Virus record (IMG/VR): IMGVR_UViG_3300012361_000002 | Origin: an uncultured virus (IMG/VR IMGVR_UViG_3300012361_000002) | Lineage: Duplodnaviria > Heunggongvirae > Uroviricota > Caudoviricetes | Strand: one strand, 5' to 3' | DNA: 64,000 nucleotides | Part shown: one piece after another, positions 54,408-62,895 of the stretch | Layout of the letters: each line of letters begins with the position of its first letter | Numbering within the stretch: the first letter of the stretch is position 1 | Notes under the pieces: generated by a model | Database searches by the model: none | Told to the model about the DNA's origin: nothing | Seen by the model: only the letters and a program-made list of their open reading frames with translations | Program-made: the position numbers and the translations under genes

Positions 54408-54484
54408 GCTTTTCCCGTCCTGCCCATCCGCCGCGGTGGGCAGCCGGGAGCGGCTTGGAACCGACTCCAGATGGAGAACCACAA

Positions 54485-54664
54485 ATGGATAGACATGACG
54501 ATCGCATCATCAGCGTTCAGGAACTCGCCCAGATCAGGCGAGCACTCCAGTTAGCTTTGAGCGAAATCCATAATCCTGGATACGGACGCTCCACGAAGAA
54601 CGATGTCCCTACGCTTATCGAAGAAGTCCTGGCGATGCCTCTTCTCGGCGGCGGGATTAGGTGA
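54485..54664 (+). CDS. Hypothetical protein
   Basis: AGATGGAGAACC leader; 59 aa. Confidence 0.55.
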   Translation: MDRHDDRIISVQELAQIRRALQLALSEIHNPGYGRSTKNDVPTLIEEVLAMPLLGGGIR

Positions 54665-54732
54665 CGCGCGACGGTGCCCCGCGTGGGGCACTATCGGGCC
54701 TCAGCCCAACCGCCAGAGATGGAGAACCACCG

Positions 54733-55206
54733 ATGATCGCCATGACCAACGCCAACATGAAGAACCTGCCGACCGTAGCAACGCCAGCCCCGCAGAAGTC
54801 CTGGGACAAGCAAAATGACGCCATCGCCGCCGCGATCCGAGAGCTTGGCCCCGAAGCCCGCCATCGGTTCGAATTTTCAACCGACCAACAAGACGATGGC
54901 CGATGGACGTGGACGCCTATTGATCCTGACAGCATTCCAGCACCGACGGGATTCCAGTTCAAGATCAATGGCGGCAAGCGTGCATTCCTCACCACCATGG
55001 CCGAGAAGCAACGCCATAAGGACCTCACCAAGCCGGCCGATACGCATTCTCCCGAGGCCCGTAATAGGCCCCTCCAGATCATCGACGTGGTGAAACGCCA
55101 TGCCGATAATCAGACACTCAAGCTTATCGTTGACGATTTGCTGGACGTTCCTGGCAATGCGGCATTCCGAGCCACCATTGCCAAGATGGTAGAAGAACTA
55201 AAATAA
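54733..55206 (+). CDS. Hypothetical protein
   Basis: AGATGGAGAACC leader; 157 aa. Confidence 0.65.
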   Translation: MIAMTNANMKNLPTVATPAPQKSWDKQNDAIAAAIRELGPEARHRFEFSTDQQDDGRWTWTPIDPDSIPAPTGFQFKINGGKRAFLTTMAEKQRHKDLTKPADTHSPEARNRPLQIIDVVKRHADNQTLKLIVDDLLDVPGNAAFRATIAKMVEELK

Positions 55207-55218
55207 TCCGATCGAGTC

Positions 55219-55252
55219 GGGACGGGAGCGTATTGTGCGCCCCGTCCCTTTG
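55219..55252. terminator. Hairpin at the convergence of the two early units
   Basis: GGGACGGG...CCCGTCCC-TTT between convergent stops at 55206 and 55257. Confidence 0.6.
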
Positions 55253-55256
55253 ACGG

Positions 55257-55574
55257 CTAGTGGCGGTTCAAGTCCTGTATCTTGCCCATGCATGGCATGC
55301 CGAAGCGGTGATGGTAGTAACCTCCGAGACTGGTCCACACGATGTGATCACCGCGGCGCAGTTCCTCGGATAACTTCTGCTCGACCTTCTCACGAGCGGC
55401 GCGCCTGTGCATCCACGTGCCGGATTCCCCCAACAGGAACGTCGACGCCGAGAATACGTATCCGCGATTGGTCTCGCTGAACTCGGCGATCGCCGCGAAC
55501 GCCCTGTCGTCTATGCGCTCGGTCCAGGTGCGGCGGAGCACGTTGGCCATCGGATCGCGTGGCTGCCTCATCAC
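55257..55574 (-). CDS. Hypothetical protein
   Basis: AAGGAG SD; 105 aa. Confidence 0.55.
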   Translation of the reverse strand: MMRQPRDPMANVLRRTWTERIDDRAFAAIAEFSETNRGYVFSASTFLLGESGTWMHRRAAREKVEQKLSEELRRGDHIVWTSLGGYYHHRFGMPCMGKIQDLNRH

Positions 55575-55743
55575 GACTCCTTGGCGGTTAGGGATAGATG
55601 TTGTCTGTCACGCCGGCGATCCTCGCGGAGACGCCAGAGGATGCTGCATACCACCGACTCCAAGGAACCTGTGAGTTCGGCGATGTCGCAAGTGTCCATG
55701 CGCCCGTGGTCCCACAGCAGCAACATCCTCATCTCGGAGTCTG

Positions 55744-55992
55744 TCATTTTGGCACCAACTTCCCATCCGCCACCAGTTTGTTGATGAGATGCACCAAAGG
55801 TTCTGGAATAAACGACTTGGATTCCAGTTTCTTGACTTTCTTGACTGGATTGTCGTTTGTCAGCAGGCCCGTTGTCCTGGAAATTGTACGACTAGCTCGT
55901 CCATGAGAATCGGTAAAACCCAGATAGCGCGCGAACTGCCTCTCTGATAGACCATTGGCCTGCCGTAAACTCCTGAGTTGTGCTCCTGTCAT
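55744..55992 (-). CDS. XRE-like HTH protein
   Basis: MTGAQLRSLRQANGLSERQFARYLG. Confidence 0.65.
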   Translation of the reverse strand: MTGAQLRSLRQANGLSERQFARYLGFTDSHGRASRTISRTTGLLTNDNPVKKVKKLESKSFIPEPLVHLINKLVADGKLVPK

Positions 55993-56631
55993 TGCAATCT
56001 AGCCATCTCACAAAGTCCCCCGCGTAGTCAGCCCAAATTACCAGGGCCAGCATGAACAACGCAACCGCGACAACGTCCCATAGGTCGGTCCAGTCGGGGT
56101 CGCGCAGCCAAGTCATGGCTTCACCCTGGAATAGGCAAGAATTGCCAATAGTGACGGGACGATCGCCGCGAGCACCCATCCGGTGCTGATCCCTACTGTG
56201 AAGACCATCACCATCGCGATGATCACTGGGGAGAGGCAACATACCCACCCAATGCCGACAAGGATGACCGCCCACCAATTCACGAGATCACCTCCCCCAC
56301 TAACCTCGTGTCCGTCCCGCAGTTGCAGCAGTAGGCCGTCTCGAACACCACCTTGACGACCCACTTCTGGGTGAGCTTGTCCCAACCACTCTGCCCTGCG
56401 TACACGCTCTCTTTCGGCAGCGGACTATCGAAGGTTATCCCGAACCAAATCGCCGGTGGATCACGATTGACCCAGCAACAAACGGAACTACCGAACCATG
56501 CGCAGCCGGCACGATGAACTCCATGCCTTTTCATCAATTCATCGATATCAACCATCATGATCCCTCCGCGCTGTAGCCCCGCCCCGTGGGAGCCGGATCC
56601 CCACATCCCGGCTCCCCTAGGCCGGTGCCGC

Positions 56632-57144
56632 CTACTGGCTGGCGACCACCTTCTTCACGTAGTAGGTCGTTACGATGCGCGGATGCTCCGCCCGCGCCTG
56701 CTGGACCTGCGGCGCACTTAGGGTGTTGGTCCCGAGATTGATCGCACCAGGGAACCAGCCGAGCGCCAGACCGAAGAACGGCATGCGCTGCACGTCGGCC
56801 GCCGTCTGGAGGGCGATGAATTGGTCGGCCGGGCCGCTCTCGCCAGACGCCTGGTGATCGCGCGTGACGGTGACCTTCTCCCCAGTATCAGCTGGTCCAT
56901 AAACTGTCTCCTGGATCGCCGCACGGGCGTGGCGGGGTGCCTTGTGGTACGTCACCCGGTAGGCCCCCTCGCACCACCGCATGTGGCGCTCGTAGAACCC
57001 CACGTCGGTCGCGCAGCGCCCCACGTACTGCGCGAACTGCCGCTCCGTGAACCGCGTCGCCTCGGCACCGAACCCGAGGTAGAGCACGGGCAATGATGCC
57101 GCCATGGCGAGAGACACAATTTTGATTTGTTGAAACGCAATCAT
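56632..57144 (-). CDS. Hypothetical protein with N-terminal hydrophobic segment
   Basis: 170 aa; GGAAGG SD. Confidence 0.55.
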   Translation of the reverse strand: MIAFQQIKIVSLAMAASLPVLYLGFGAEATRFTERQFAQYVGRCATDVGFYERHMRWCEGAYRVTYHKAPRHARAAIQETVYGPADTGEKVTVTRDHQASGESGPADQFIALQTAADVQRMPFFGLALGWFPGAINLGTNTLSAPQVQQARAEHPRIVTTYYVKKVVASQ

Positions 57145-57240
57145 AAGAACGTCCTTCCTTCATCGTCTTCGTGGTTGTGGCTACCGCTACAACGGTGCCC
57201 CGTGCGGGTAGAGTTCACGCTCTACCCGCCCAGGCCAGCG

Positions 57241-57582
57241 TCAGACCAGCGACGTGACGCGCTCGGACATCTTCGGCTTGTCGGTCTCGCCGAGGACGAA
57301 CTGCACGTCGACCACGTCGCCGTCCACCAGCGCACTCCAGTTCTTTTCGATGTGGTCGTGCGCGACCTTCATGGTGCGTGAGCCGTCGGACCAGCTGTAA
57401 GGATCATACGAGACGCCGCGGCACTGACCTTTGATCACGATGACGCAAGTCTCGGCCGCGGTGCCGCTGTAACCGTCGCGACGCAGCAGGTATCGTTGGC
57501 CTTCATTGTCCGGCACCGGCTTGATGCAGATCGCCGGGATGAACGTCCCCTTGTCGCGTATCTCCAGACACTTCACTTGCAT
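57241..57582 (-). CDS. Hypothetical phage protein
   Basis: KCLEIRDKGTFIP...YDPYSW...GDVVDVQFVLGE; AGATGGAGAAC leader. Confidence 0.7.
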   Translation of the reverse strand: MQVKCLEIRDKGTFIPAICIKPVPDNEGQRYLLRRDGYSGTAAETCVIVIKGQCRGVSYDPYSWSDGSRTMKVAHDHIEKNWSALVDGDVVDVQFVLGETDKPKMSERVTSLV

Positions 57583-57619
57583 GATAGTTCTCCATCTATT
57601 GATTGGAGCGACTGGCCCG

Positions 57620-58474
57620 TCACGCCGCCGTCTTGATCTGCGCCATGCGCTCGGCGATGACCCACAGCGCCTTGTTCAGCCGGACGTCCTGGTCGATACC
57701 CTTCACCTCGCGGGTCGTCGTCCGCCTGCGCCGGCCGTTGGCGTCGAGCCCGACCGCCGTCAGCCCGCCCTTGATGGTGTTCTCCTGAATGGTGTTAAAC
57801 GTTGTCCAGAGGTCCCAGGCGAAGTCGTCATGGCGCCGCGGGATCAGCAGTTGGTCCGGCTTCACCGGAGTCGTGACATCACCATCGGCGTCCGCGAACC
57901 GCAGGACGTGCGCCGACGCGGCGAACGCGTCGCGCTCCTCCTTGACCAGCTGCTGACGGGACCACTCCGCGGGAGCGACCAGCGCCTTCTGCGCCTCGTC
58001 GAGCACTCGGTATGTTCCCTCGATGACCTTGCCCATCACGTCGCCGGAGTGGCGCACCTTCACGGTGTCGATCGTCCCCGTCTGCGCCACCATGCCGTTC
58101 AGACACTTGATGCGGAACAGACCGGCGAGCAGGTCGTACGCCGATGAACCATCGTTCGCGTTCTTCAGCAGCATCTCGCAGACCGTGTCCCCGACCCGGT
58201 ATTGCTCCTGATTGTCCATCCGGCGTAGCCGCAGCAGGTGCTTGGTGAACAGCCGACGGTCGTCCATGCGCGCGACGGACTGCTTCGCCCCGACGACCTG
58301 GAATCCCTCCTTACCCAGGTTGCGCAGGATCTCGATGGTCGGGATCGGCGCGAACCGCTCGGACCGACTGGAGTGCGCCTCGACGGCAAAGACGGACGGT
58401 GCCAGCTTGTGAAGTTCGTCCTCGGTCAATCCTCGGCCGGTATCGAAGCGCGCGGCGGATACGTTCATGTTCAT
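57620..58474 (-). CDS. DUF932/DUF945-family protein
   Basis: APSVFAVEAHSSRSERFAPIPT, FTKHLLRLR, LKNANDGSSAY, GLFRIKCLNG, DLWTTFNTIQEN, DVRLNKALW. Confidence 0.9.
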   Translation of the reverse strand: MNMNVSAARFDTGRGLTEDELHKLAPSVFAVEAHSSRSERFAPIPTIEILRNLGKEGFQVVGAKQSVARMDDRRLFTKHLLRLRRMDNQEQYRVGDTVCEMLLKNANDGSSAYDLLAGLFRIKCLNGMVAQTGTIDTVKVRHSGDVMGKVIEGTYRVLDEAQKALVAPAEWSRQQLVKEERDAFAASAHVLRFADADGDVTTPVKPDQLLIPRRHDDFAWDLWTTFNTIQENTIKGGLTAVGLDANGRRRRTTTREVKGIDQDVRLNKALWVIAERMAQIKTAA

Positions 58475-58500
58475 GTGGTTCTCCATCAAGTTGCGGAACT

Positions 58501-58552
58501 TTGACGGTTCCCCAATGCCGTCACATAGCAACGGCATGGCGGGAGCCGTCAA
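58501..58552 (-). promoter_or_regulatory. Promoter embedded in a long hairpin
   Basis: Minus strand TTGACG-N17-GCTATG within TTGACGGCTCCC...GGGAACCGTCAA and inner ATGCCGT/ACGGCAT stems. Confidence 0.55.
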
Positions 58553-58740
58553 CACCGCTCAATCGTTAACTGCCAGAGGATAGATGATGAACTCTCCATC
58601 TCGGACTCGAACAATGTTGTCACCTTTGAACTGAGCGCGACGTGATAGTTCAGTCTGCCAATAGACAACATCGCGCATGTCGCCAGACAAGGTGACCGTG
58701 ACTTTTTCTGGTTGTCTTCCGAAATCCATTGTTCTTGCTC

Positions 58741-58920
58741 CTACCACCCGTTTTTCTCGACGATTGCCCAGCCCTCGACCACGTCGAAACGGCCCATCTG
58801 GTTGTCGTCCTTGTCCCACCAGCCGCGTTTACCGTCCGTGTTCGTCTGGCTGTCACGGGTAGTGGTGATGCCATGGGACTTGAGAACCTCGGAAAGGGTT
58901 CGGTCGTATTGCTGGTCCAT
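58741..58920 (-). CDS. Mini-gene (59 aa) in repeat-linked array
   Basis: MDQQYDRTLSEVLKSHG...EKNGW*; manual translation. Confidence 0.65.
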   Translation of the reverse strand: MDQQYDRTLSEVLKSHGITTTRDSQTNTDGKRGWWDKDDNQMGRFDVVEGWAIVEKNGW

Positions 58921-58985
58921 CTCTTCCTCCTACCCGCTTCTGAGCGCTTGTCGAAGAACGTGTCGCCCCAGCTGATTCGATCCGT

Positions 58986-59144
58986 TCAGGCTTTCCAATT
59001 CCAAGCTTTGCCGGTCTGTCGTGCGTATTCGTTGGCGGCCTCTGTCTCGTTCAAAACGCCTTCCGCGATATAGTGGCGAAGATCGCGTTCGATCGCTGCA
59101 TCGCGATCAAGTTTAGCCTGCTTGTCTGTCTTGGTCTTGGTCAT
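58986..59144 (-). CDS. Mini-gene (52 aa) in repeat-linked array
   Basis: MTKTKTDKQAKLDRD...WNWKA*; manual translation. Confidence 0.6.
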   Translation of the reverse strand: MTKTKTDKQAKLDRDAAIERDLRHYIAEGVLNETEAANEYARQTGKAWNWKA

Positions 59145-59153
59145 CTCTTCCTC

Positions 59154-59333
59154 CTACGGCTTCCGTGCCGCCACGGCTGAAGAAGGATTGGCATTCAACC
59201 AATCCTCTATGGCGTCCTGAATAACTGATGCCAGCGTATCGACACGCTCGCGGTGATTATGCGAAATGACTTCATCTCCGATGAAAAACTCTGCCAAGTC
59301 TCGGCATTCGGTTGCCCAAGTTTTTCTGGCCAT
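59154..59333 (-). CDS. Mini-gene (59 aa) in repeat-linked array
   Basis: MARKTWATECRDLAEFF...AARKP*; the stop lies in the junction repeat. Confidence 0.65.
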   Translation of the reverse strand: MARKTWATECRDLAEFFIGDEVISHNHRERVDTLASVIQDAIEDWLNANPSSAVAARKP

Positions 59334-59342
59334 CTCTTCCTC

Positions 59343-59534
59343 CTACCGCTTCCGTGTCGCGCTGGCTGACTCGGCTTCGATCGCTCTATCGACCGCTTCC
59401 GCCTTTTGCTGCTGGATAAGATATTCACGCTCCAACGTCCTGTTAATGTCGTTAAATTGCTCGGCGGTAATACGTCCAGAGGCAAGTTGCCCAGCATTTT
59501 CGAGAAGATGACGGCGATATTCGGTCGTGTTCAT
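59343..59534 (-). CDS. Mini-gene (63 aa) in repeat-linked array
   Basis: MNTTEYRRHLL...ATRKR*; the stop lies in the junction repeat. Confidence 0.65.
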   Translation of the reverse strand: MNTTEYRRHLLENAGQLASGRITAEQFNDINRTLEREYLIQQQKAEAVDRAIEAESASATRKR

Positions 59535-59568
59535 CGGCTGTTCTCCTCCCTACTGCTTCCGTGTCGAT

Positions 59569-59934
59569 TCATCCGAAGAAATGCTTGATGGCCCGCCTGA
59601 CGACGCCATCCGGCACGCGGTAACGATCAGGACGGTAGACGTGCCCGCCAGGAACCAGCACGAAGTAGGTTAGCCCGACGTGCCCGGAGAACCGGCGCAC
59701 CCGGTACAGCATGCCGCTCTCTGAGTTGGCGAGCAGTCTGGTCTTATCCCCGCCGTCGCGCCGCCATTCCCGGCGGTAGCGGTGGATGAGCCCGCGGCGC
59801 ACGTAGTCGCGGACTTCGCGTTCGCGATCCATCTCGCACTCCTCGCCGTCGCAGTTGTATCCGCCTTCCTCGTTGAACGTGCCGCATTCTCCGCACGTCC
59901 AGCCGTGCCGGCGCTGGTGCCAGTTCATGCTCAT
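59569..59934 (-). CDS. Hypothetical protein with Zn-ribbon
   Basis: WTCGECGTFN...C....C. Confidence 0.55.
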   Translation of the reverse strand: MSMNWHQRRHGWTCGECGTFNEEGGYNCDGEECEMDREREVRDYVRRGLIHRYRREWRRDGGDKTRLLANSESGMLYRVRRFSGHVGLTYFVLVPGGHVYRPDRYRVPDGVVRRAIKHFFG

Positions 59935-60476
59935 GGCGCTGCCCTTCTATTGCTGTAAAGAAGGCAAGCGATTTCTGCGTTTATCTCGACGTACCTCTTC
60001 AGTTGTTTCTCTGGGAGAACATCAGGATGCCTAGTGTTTATCGTGCTTCGCTGCCTTCTCAGATATCTTAATCGAGCGCGAATTTCTAACTCACTACGCA
60101 ACTGCTCTTCTTGCTGACGTTCAGCCTCTTTTCTGCGGTGCTCTTCAAGATGCCAAGCGTGGCGACGATCTTTCGCTTCAATGTCGGCCTCGGCTTCTGC
60201 GTCTCTAGTTTCCTTGATGTCTTCTAAGCGTTCTGGCTTGATACTTCCTGACCAGTTGGCCGACGCCAATTCTTCAAATATGCGATCCAGTACAATTCCG
60301 GTTATCGTAACCGTAATCTCAGAATAGTCTTCACCACCAGCCTCAATCTTCAGAACCGGCTTTCCACCCCACCCATCATGACGCAAAGCTACCGTAGTCC
60401 TTGAATGATTTGGATGAGCACCTTGAAAAAAGGAATAGCTTCCATCGCCATGACGACGATCAAATCTGATTGGCAT
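59931..60476 (-). CDS. Hypothetical protein
   Basis: 181 aa; lower GC. Confidence 0.6.
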   Translation of the reverse strand: MPIRFDRRHGDGSYSFFQGAHPNHSRTTVALRHDGWGGKPVLKIEAGGEDYSEITVTITGIVLDRIFEELASANWSGSIKPERLEDIKETRDAEAEADIEAKDRRHAWHLEEHRRKEAERQQEEQLRSELEIRARLRYLRRQRSTINTRHPDVLPEKQLKRYVEINAEIACLLYSNRRAAP

Positions 60477-60806
60477 GATTCATCACTCCCGAAACGTGCG
60501 CCCGAAGGCCAACTCGTAGGCGAAGAACATGCCGCCGATGACGAATACGCCGGCCATGATGAAGTCTGAGTTGTAGGCCGCGCCCATCCCGAGGATGGCC
60601 GCGATGATGCCGAGGATGGCGGTCATGTGTGCCCCCTCAGATGCTGGCGTAGCGGACGAAGATGCCGGTGCAGTTCTGGTGCACCTGCGCGTCGATGCCT
60701 TCCTCGAAGTTCACGAACGACCCGCGCGTGGTGAGTTCGAACCCGCGACGGGCGAGGTGATCGGTGGCCTGCTGGATGTTGGGGAAATACTGAACTGTTG
60801 TCATCG

Positions 60807-60882
60807 TCTGGTCTCCTCTTTGAGGCGGGCCTGTGGCCCAGTTGACGAGTCGATTTATAGACAGTCGTAGCGGGTATGTAAA
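60807..60882 (-). promoter_or_regulatory. Sigma70-type early promoter and leader (copy 2)
   Basis: TTTACA-N17-TATAAA, followed by the same leader as 53515-53590. Confidence 0.85.
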
Positions 60883-60928
60883 TAGCTAAGTTGGCCCTTT
60901 TCTGCTTTTTTTCGTCTCTTGCCCGGTT

Positions 60929-61348
60929 TCATCGCCGCACCACTTCCCCGTTGAGCTTCTTGCGCATCCCGGGGATACCCCAGGAACGTCTAGGAACGTC
61001 CGTGGTGCGTTTGGCGTCAATCCCGGCCGAACTACCGACCCTCGGCTTCGGCTTCCCTGCGACCACCTGTGGTGCTTGGCGGAGGCGTTTGACCTTGGCC
61101 ACGATGCTGGTGTCCCGGCTGGACTTCTCTCGGTGCACAGCCTTGAACTTGGGATCGAGATTCCACCACTTGTCAGATCCGTCATGCGCATGAAGGATCA
61201 CGTGATCGAACTCGAACCACGACAGGACGTGTTCGGCCTTCACCTTGTCGGCCCGCGCCGCGTCCCGCTCATCCCGCGGCAGCAGACATGCCAGCGCCGC
61301 CGCCAGCTTCGTCTTCATCGGAATGTGCTTGCGCTTGCGTCTCGCCAT
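60929..61348 (-). CDS. HNH-fold endonuclease-like protein
   Basis: FEFDHVILHAHDGSDKWWNL......HREKS..D...AKVKR...RKKLNGEVVRR. Confidence 0.7.
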   Translation of the reverse strand: MARRKRKHIPMKTKLAAALACLLPRDERDAARADKVKAEHVLSWFEFDHVILHAHDGSDKWWNLDPKFKAVHREKSSRDTSIVAKVKRLRQAPQVVAGKPKPRVGSSAGIDAKRTTDVPRRSWGIPGMRKKLNGEVVRR

Positions 61349-61649
61349 CCGGTTCCTCCCATTGCAGTTCTACCGGCAGCACGTCCGGCGGCGCGTCCAT
61401 GAACTGCTCTGCTGCCTCAGCCTTGCCGCCGTACTTCGTCGCCAGGATCACCCACTCCCGGACGTGATCCGCGTTCTTGAGCAGCCATACCAACGTAGAA
61501 TATGCCGCCGCCATCCTCGCGAGCTTGAACTCCATCGCCTCCTGGCGCATCTGGCCGCGAATCACCATCTCCGGGTACATCTGGCAGCGGCGGGTGTACT
61601 CGGCGCGGATTTCATCCAATTGTTCGGAGAGAGGGATTCGATCTGTCAT
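61269..61649 (-). CDS. Hypothetical phage protein
   Basis: LSEQLDEIRAE..RRCQMYP..V..GQMRQEAM. Confidence 0.65.
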   Translation of the reverse strand: MTDRIPLSEQLDEIRAEYTRRCQMYPEMVIRGQMRQEAMEFKLARMAAAYSTLVWLLKNADHVREWVILATKYGGKAEAAEQFMDAPPDVLPVELQWEEPDGETQAQAHSDEDEAGGGAGMSAAAG

Positions 61650-61709
61650 CTATTTTCCAATTAAAAAGGACGACCTAATTTGAGGTCGCCCTTTCTCGCA
61701 CGTCAACAT

Positions 61710-62447
61710 CTACTTGCGGATGCCGGCCTTCTCCATGAAGGCTCCAAGCTGCTTGTGGGCTTCGAGCAACTTGAGATTATCCCAGGCCGTATAGATGCGC
61801 TTGTTAGAAAAGCTATCGTCACGGTAATCAATCGAAGCGATCGCCGCCGCCGCCTCCTCGTTGATAAGCCGGATATTGATGCCCTGGTTGAAGCAAACCT
61901 TGAACCCTCCTTCCTGGATCTCCTTGATACGCTCGCGCCATTGTTCCGCTGGTTGGCCAAAAAAGTCGTTATCGAGTAGGTGCAGGTGACGCGGGTGACC
62001 ATCACCGCGCCAAATATCGGCGATCGTGTTGACCGTACGATTCTTGCCTTCCTTAATTGGTACCACGCAGAACTTACAGCTTAGCCGGCAGCCGCGTTGC
62101 GTAAAGCCGAGTGACCCTGTGAATTTCGGATAGAGCGAATAATCTGGTTTTATCCGTTCAATATCGTCGTCGAGGATCACCGAAGCCCCAGATGGGCCGA
62201 GTCCGGTACCTCCGATGATGGCTTCCGGCCACACTTCGCGAAGCTTGGCGGTACGTTCCTTTGAAAACTCGAATATCGTTGACCCGTAGATCTTTGTCGG
62301 CGGACTCAAGAACATATCCTTGCGTTCCGGGATGCGTCGTGTCAACTCGATGTGGTCGCCACGCTGGTGATGCCATGCCGCCAGCTTCATGAGTGCGAGA
62401 TTGGGAAGTTTCCCGTCTAGATGGACGAGTAGAACACGTTCGCTCAT
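61710..62447 (-). CDS. Radical SAM protein, apparently C-terminally truncated
   Basis: PNLALMKLAAWH, FTQRGCRLSCKFCVVP.KEG, LLDNDFFG, FNQGINIRL; ends ~20 aa after TAWDNL. Confidence 0.75.
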   Translation of the reverse strand: MSERVLLVHLDGKLPNLALMKLAAWHHQRGDHIELTRRIPERKDMFLSPPTKIYGSTIFEFSKERTAKLREVWPEAIIGGTGLGPSGASVILDDDIERIKPDYSLYPKFTGSLGFTQRGCRLSCKFCVVPIKEGKNRTVNTIADIWRGDGHPRHLHLLDNDFFGQPAEQWRERIKEIQEGGFKVCFNQGINIRLINEEAAAAIASIDYRDDSFSNKRIYTAWDNLKLLEAHKQLGAFMEKAGIRK

Positions 62448-62538
62448 CGCTTGATCCTTTTGGCATCTTCGATGTTGTCGCATGCCGCAGTGAATAAGTC
62501 GATCGTCCTCATTCCGCCGCCTGCAGGCCCGTTCTACT

Positions 62539-62889
62539 TCAGATCCTGACGTAATGGGCTTGATGGAAATCCTTCGCCCTCTCCTCGTACAGACCGGCAT
62601 CACGGTATTTCTTTTCATTGGCGCACTGCTGCGCCTTCCACATGGCCCACGCCTCCATGTTTTCCAGAGTACGGCTAGAAATGCTAACGTTGACCGGAAA
62701 CGATCTGGGAAGATTACCACCGCTGATGGCGTCTCTCAGTCTTTCCAGCGCATGCGGGTCTTCTCCGTACAGCGCCACATATCCTGCATCTGGTCTCTTG
62801 GTGTAAGTGACGCCGCTCAAGATACCAATAAGAGCGCCGAACTCGGCTCGATCTCTAATCTCAATATCCCAACGATCATCTGTCCTCAT
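62539..62889 (-). CDS. Hypothetical protein
   Basis: 116 aa after the helicase. Confidence 0.5.
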   Translation of the reverse strand: MRTDDRWDIEIRDRAEFGALIGILSGVTYTKRPDAGYVALYGEDPHALERLRDAISGGNLPRSFPVNVSISSRTLENMEAWAMWKAQQCANEKKYRDAGLYEERAKDFHQAHYVRI

Positions 62890-62895
62890 ATCAAT

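Larger units (their letters stand above)
58918..59566 (-). repeat. Four ~25-29-bp junction repeats CGACACGGAAGCGGTAGGAGGAAGAGATG
   Basis: Copies at 58918-58942, 59142-59170, 59331-59359 and 59543-59566. Confidence 0.85.

Noticed and set aside
58918..59566. CRISPR array
   Set aside because: Spacers are ~160-200 bp and protein-coding, the repeats contain SD/ATG and are not palindromic, and there are no cas genes.
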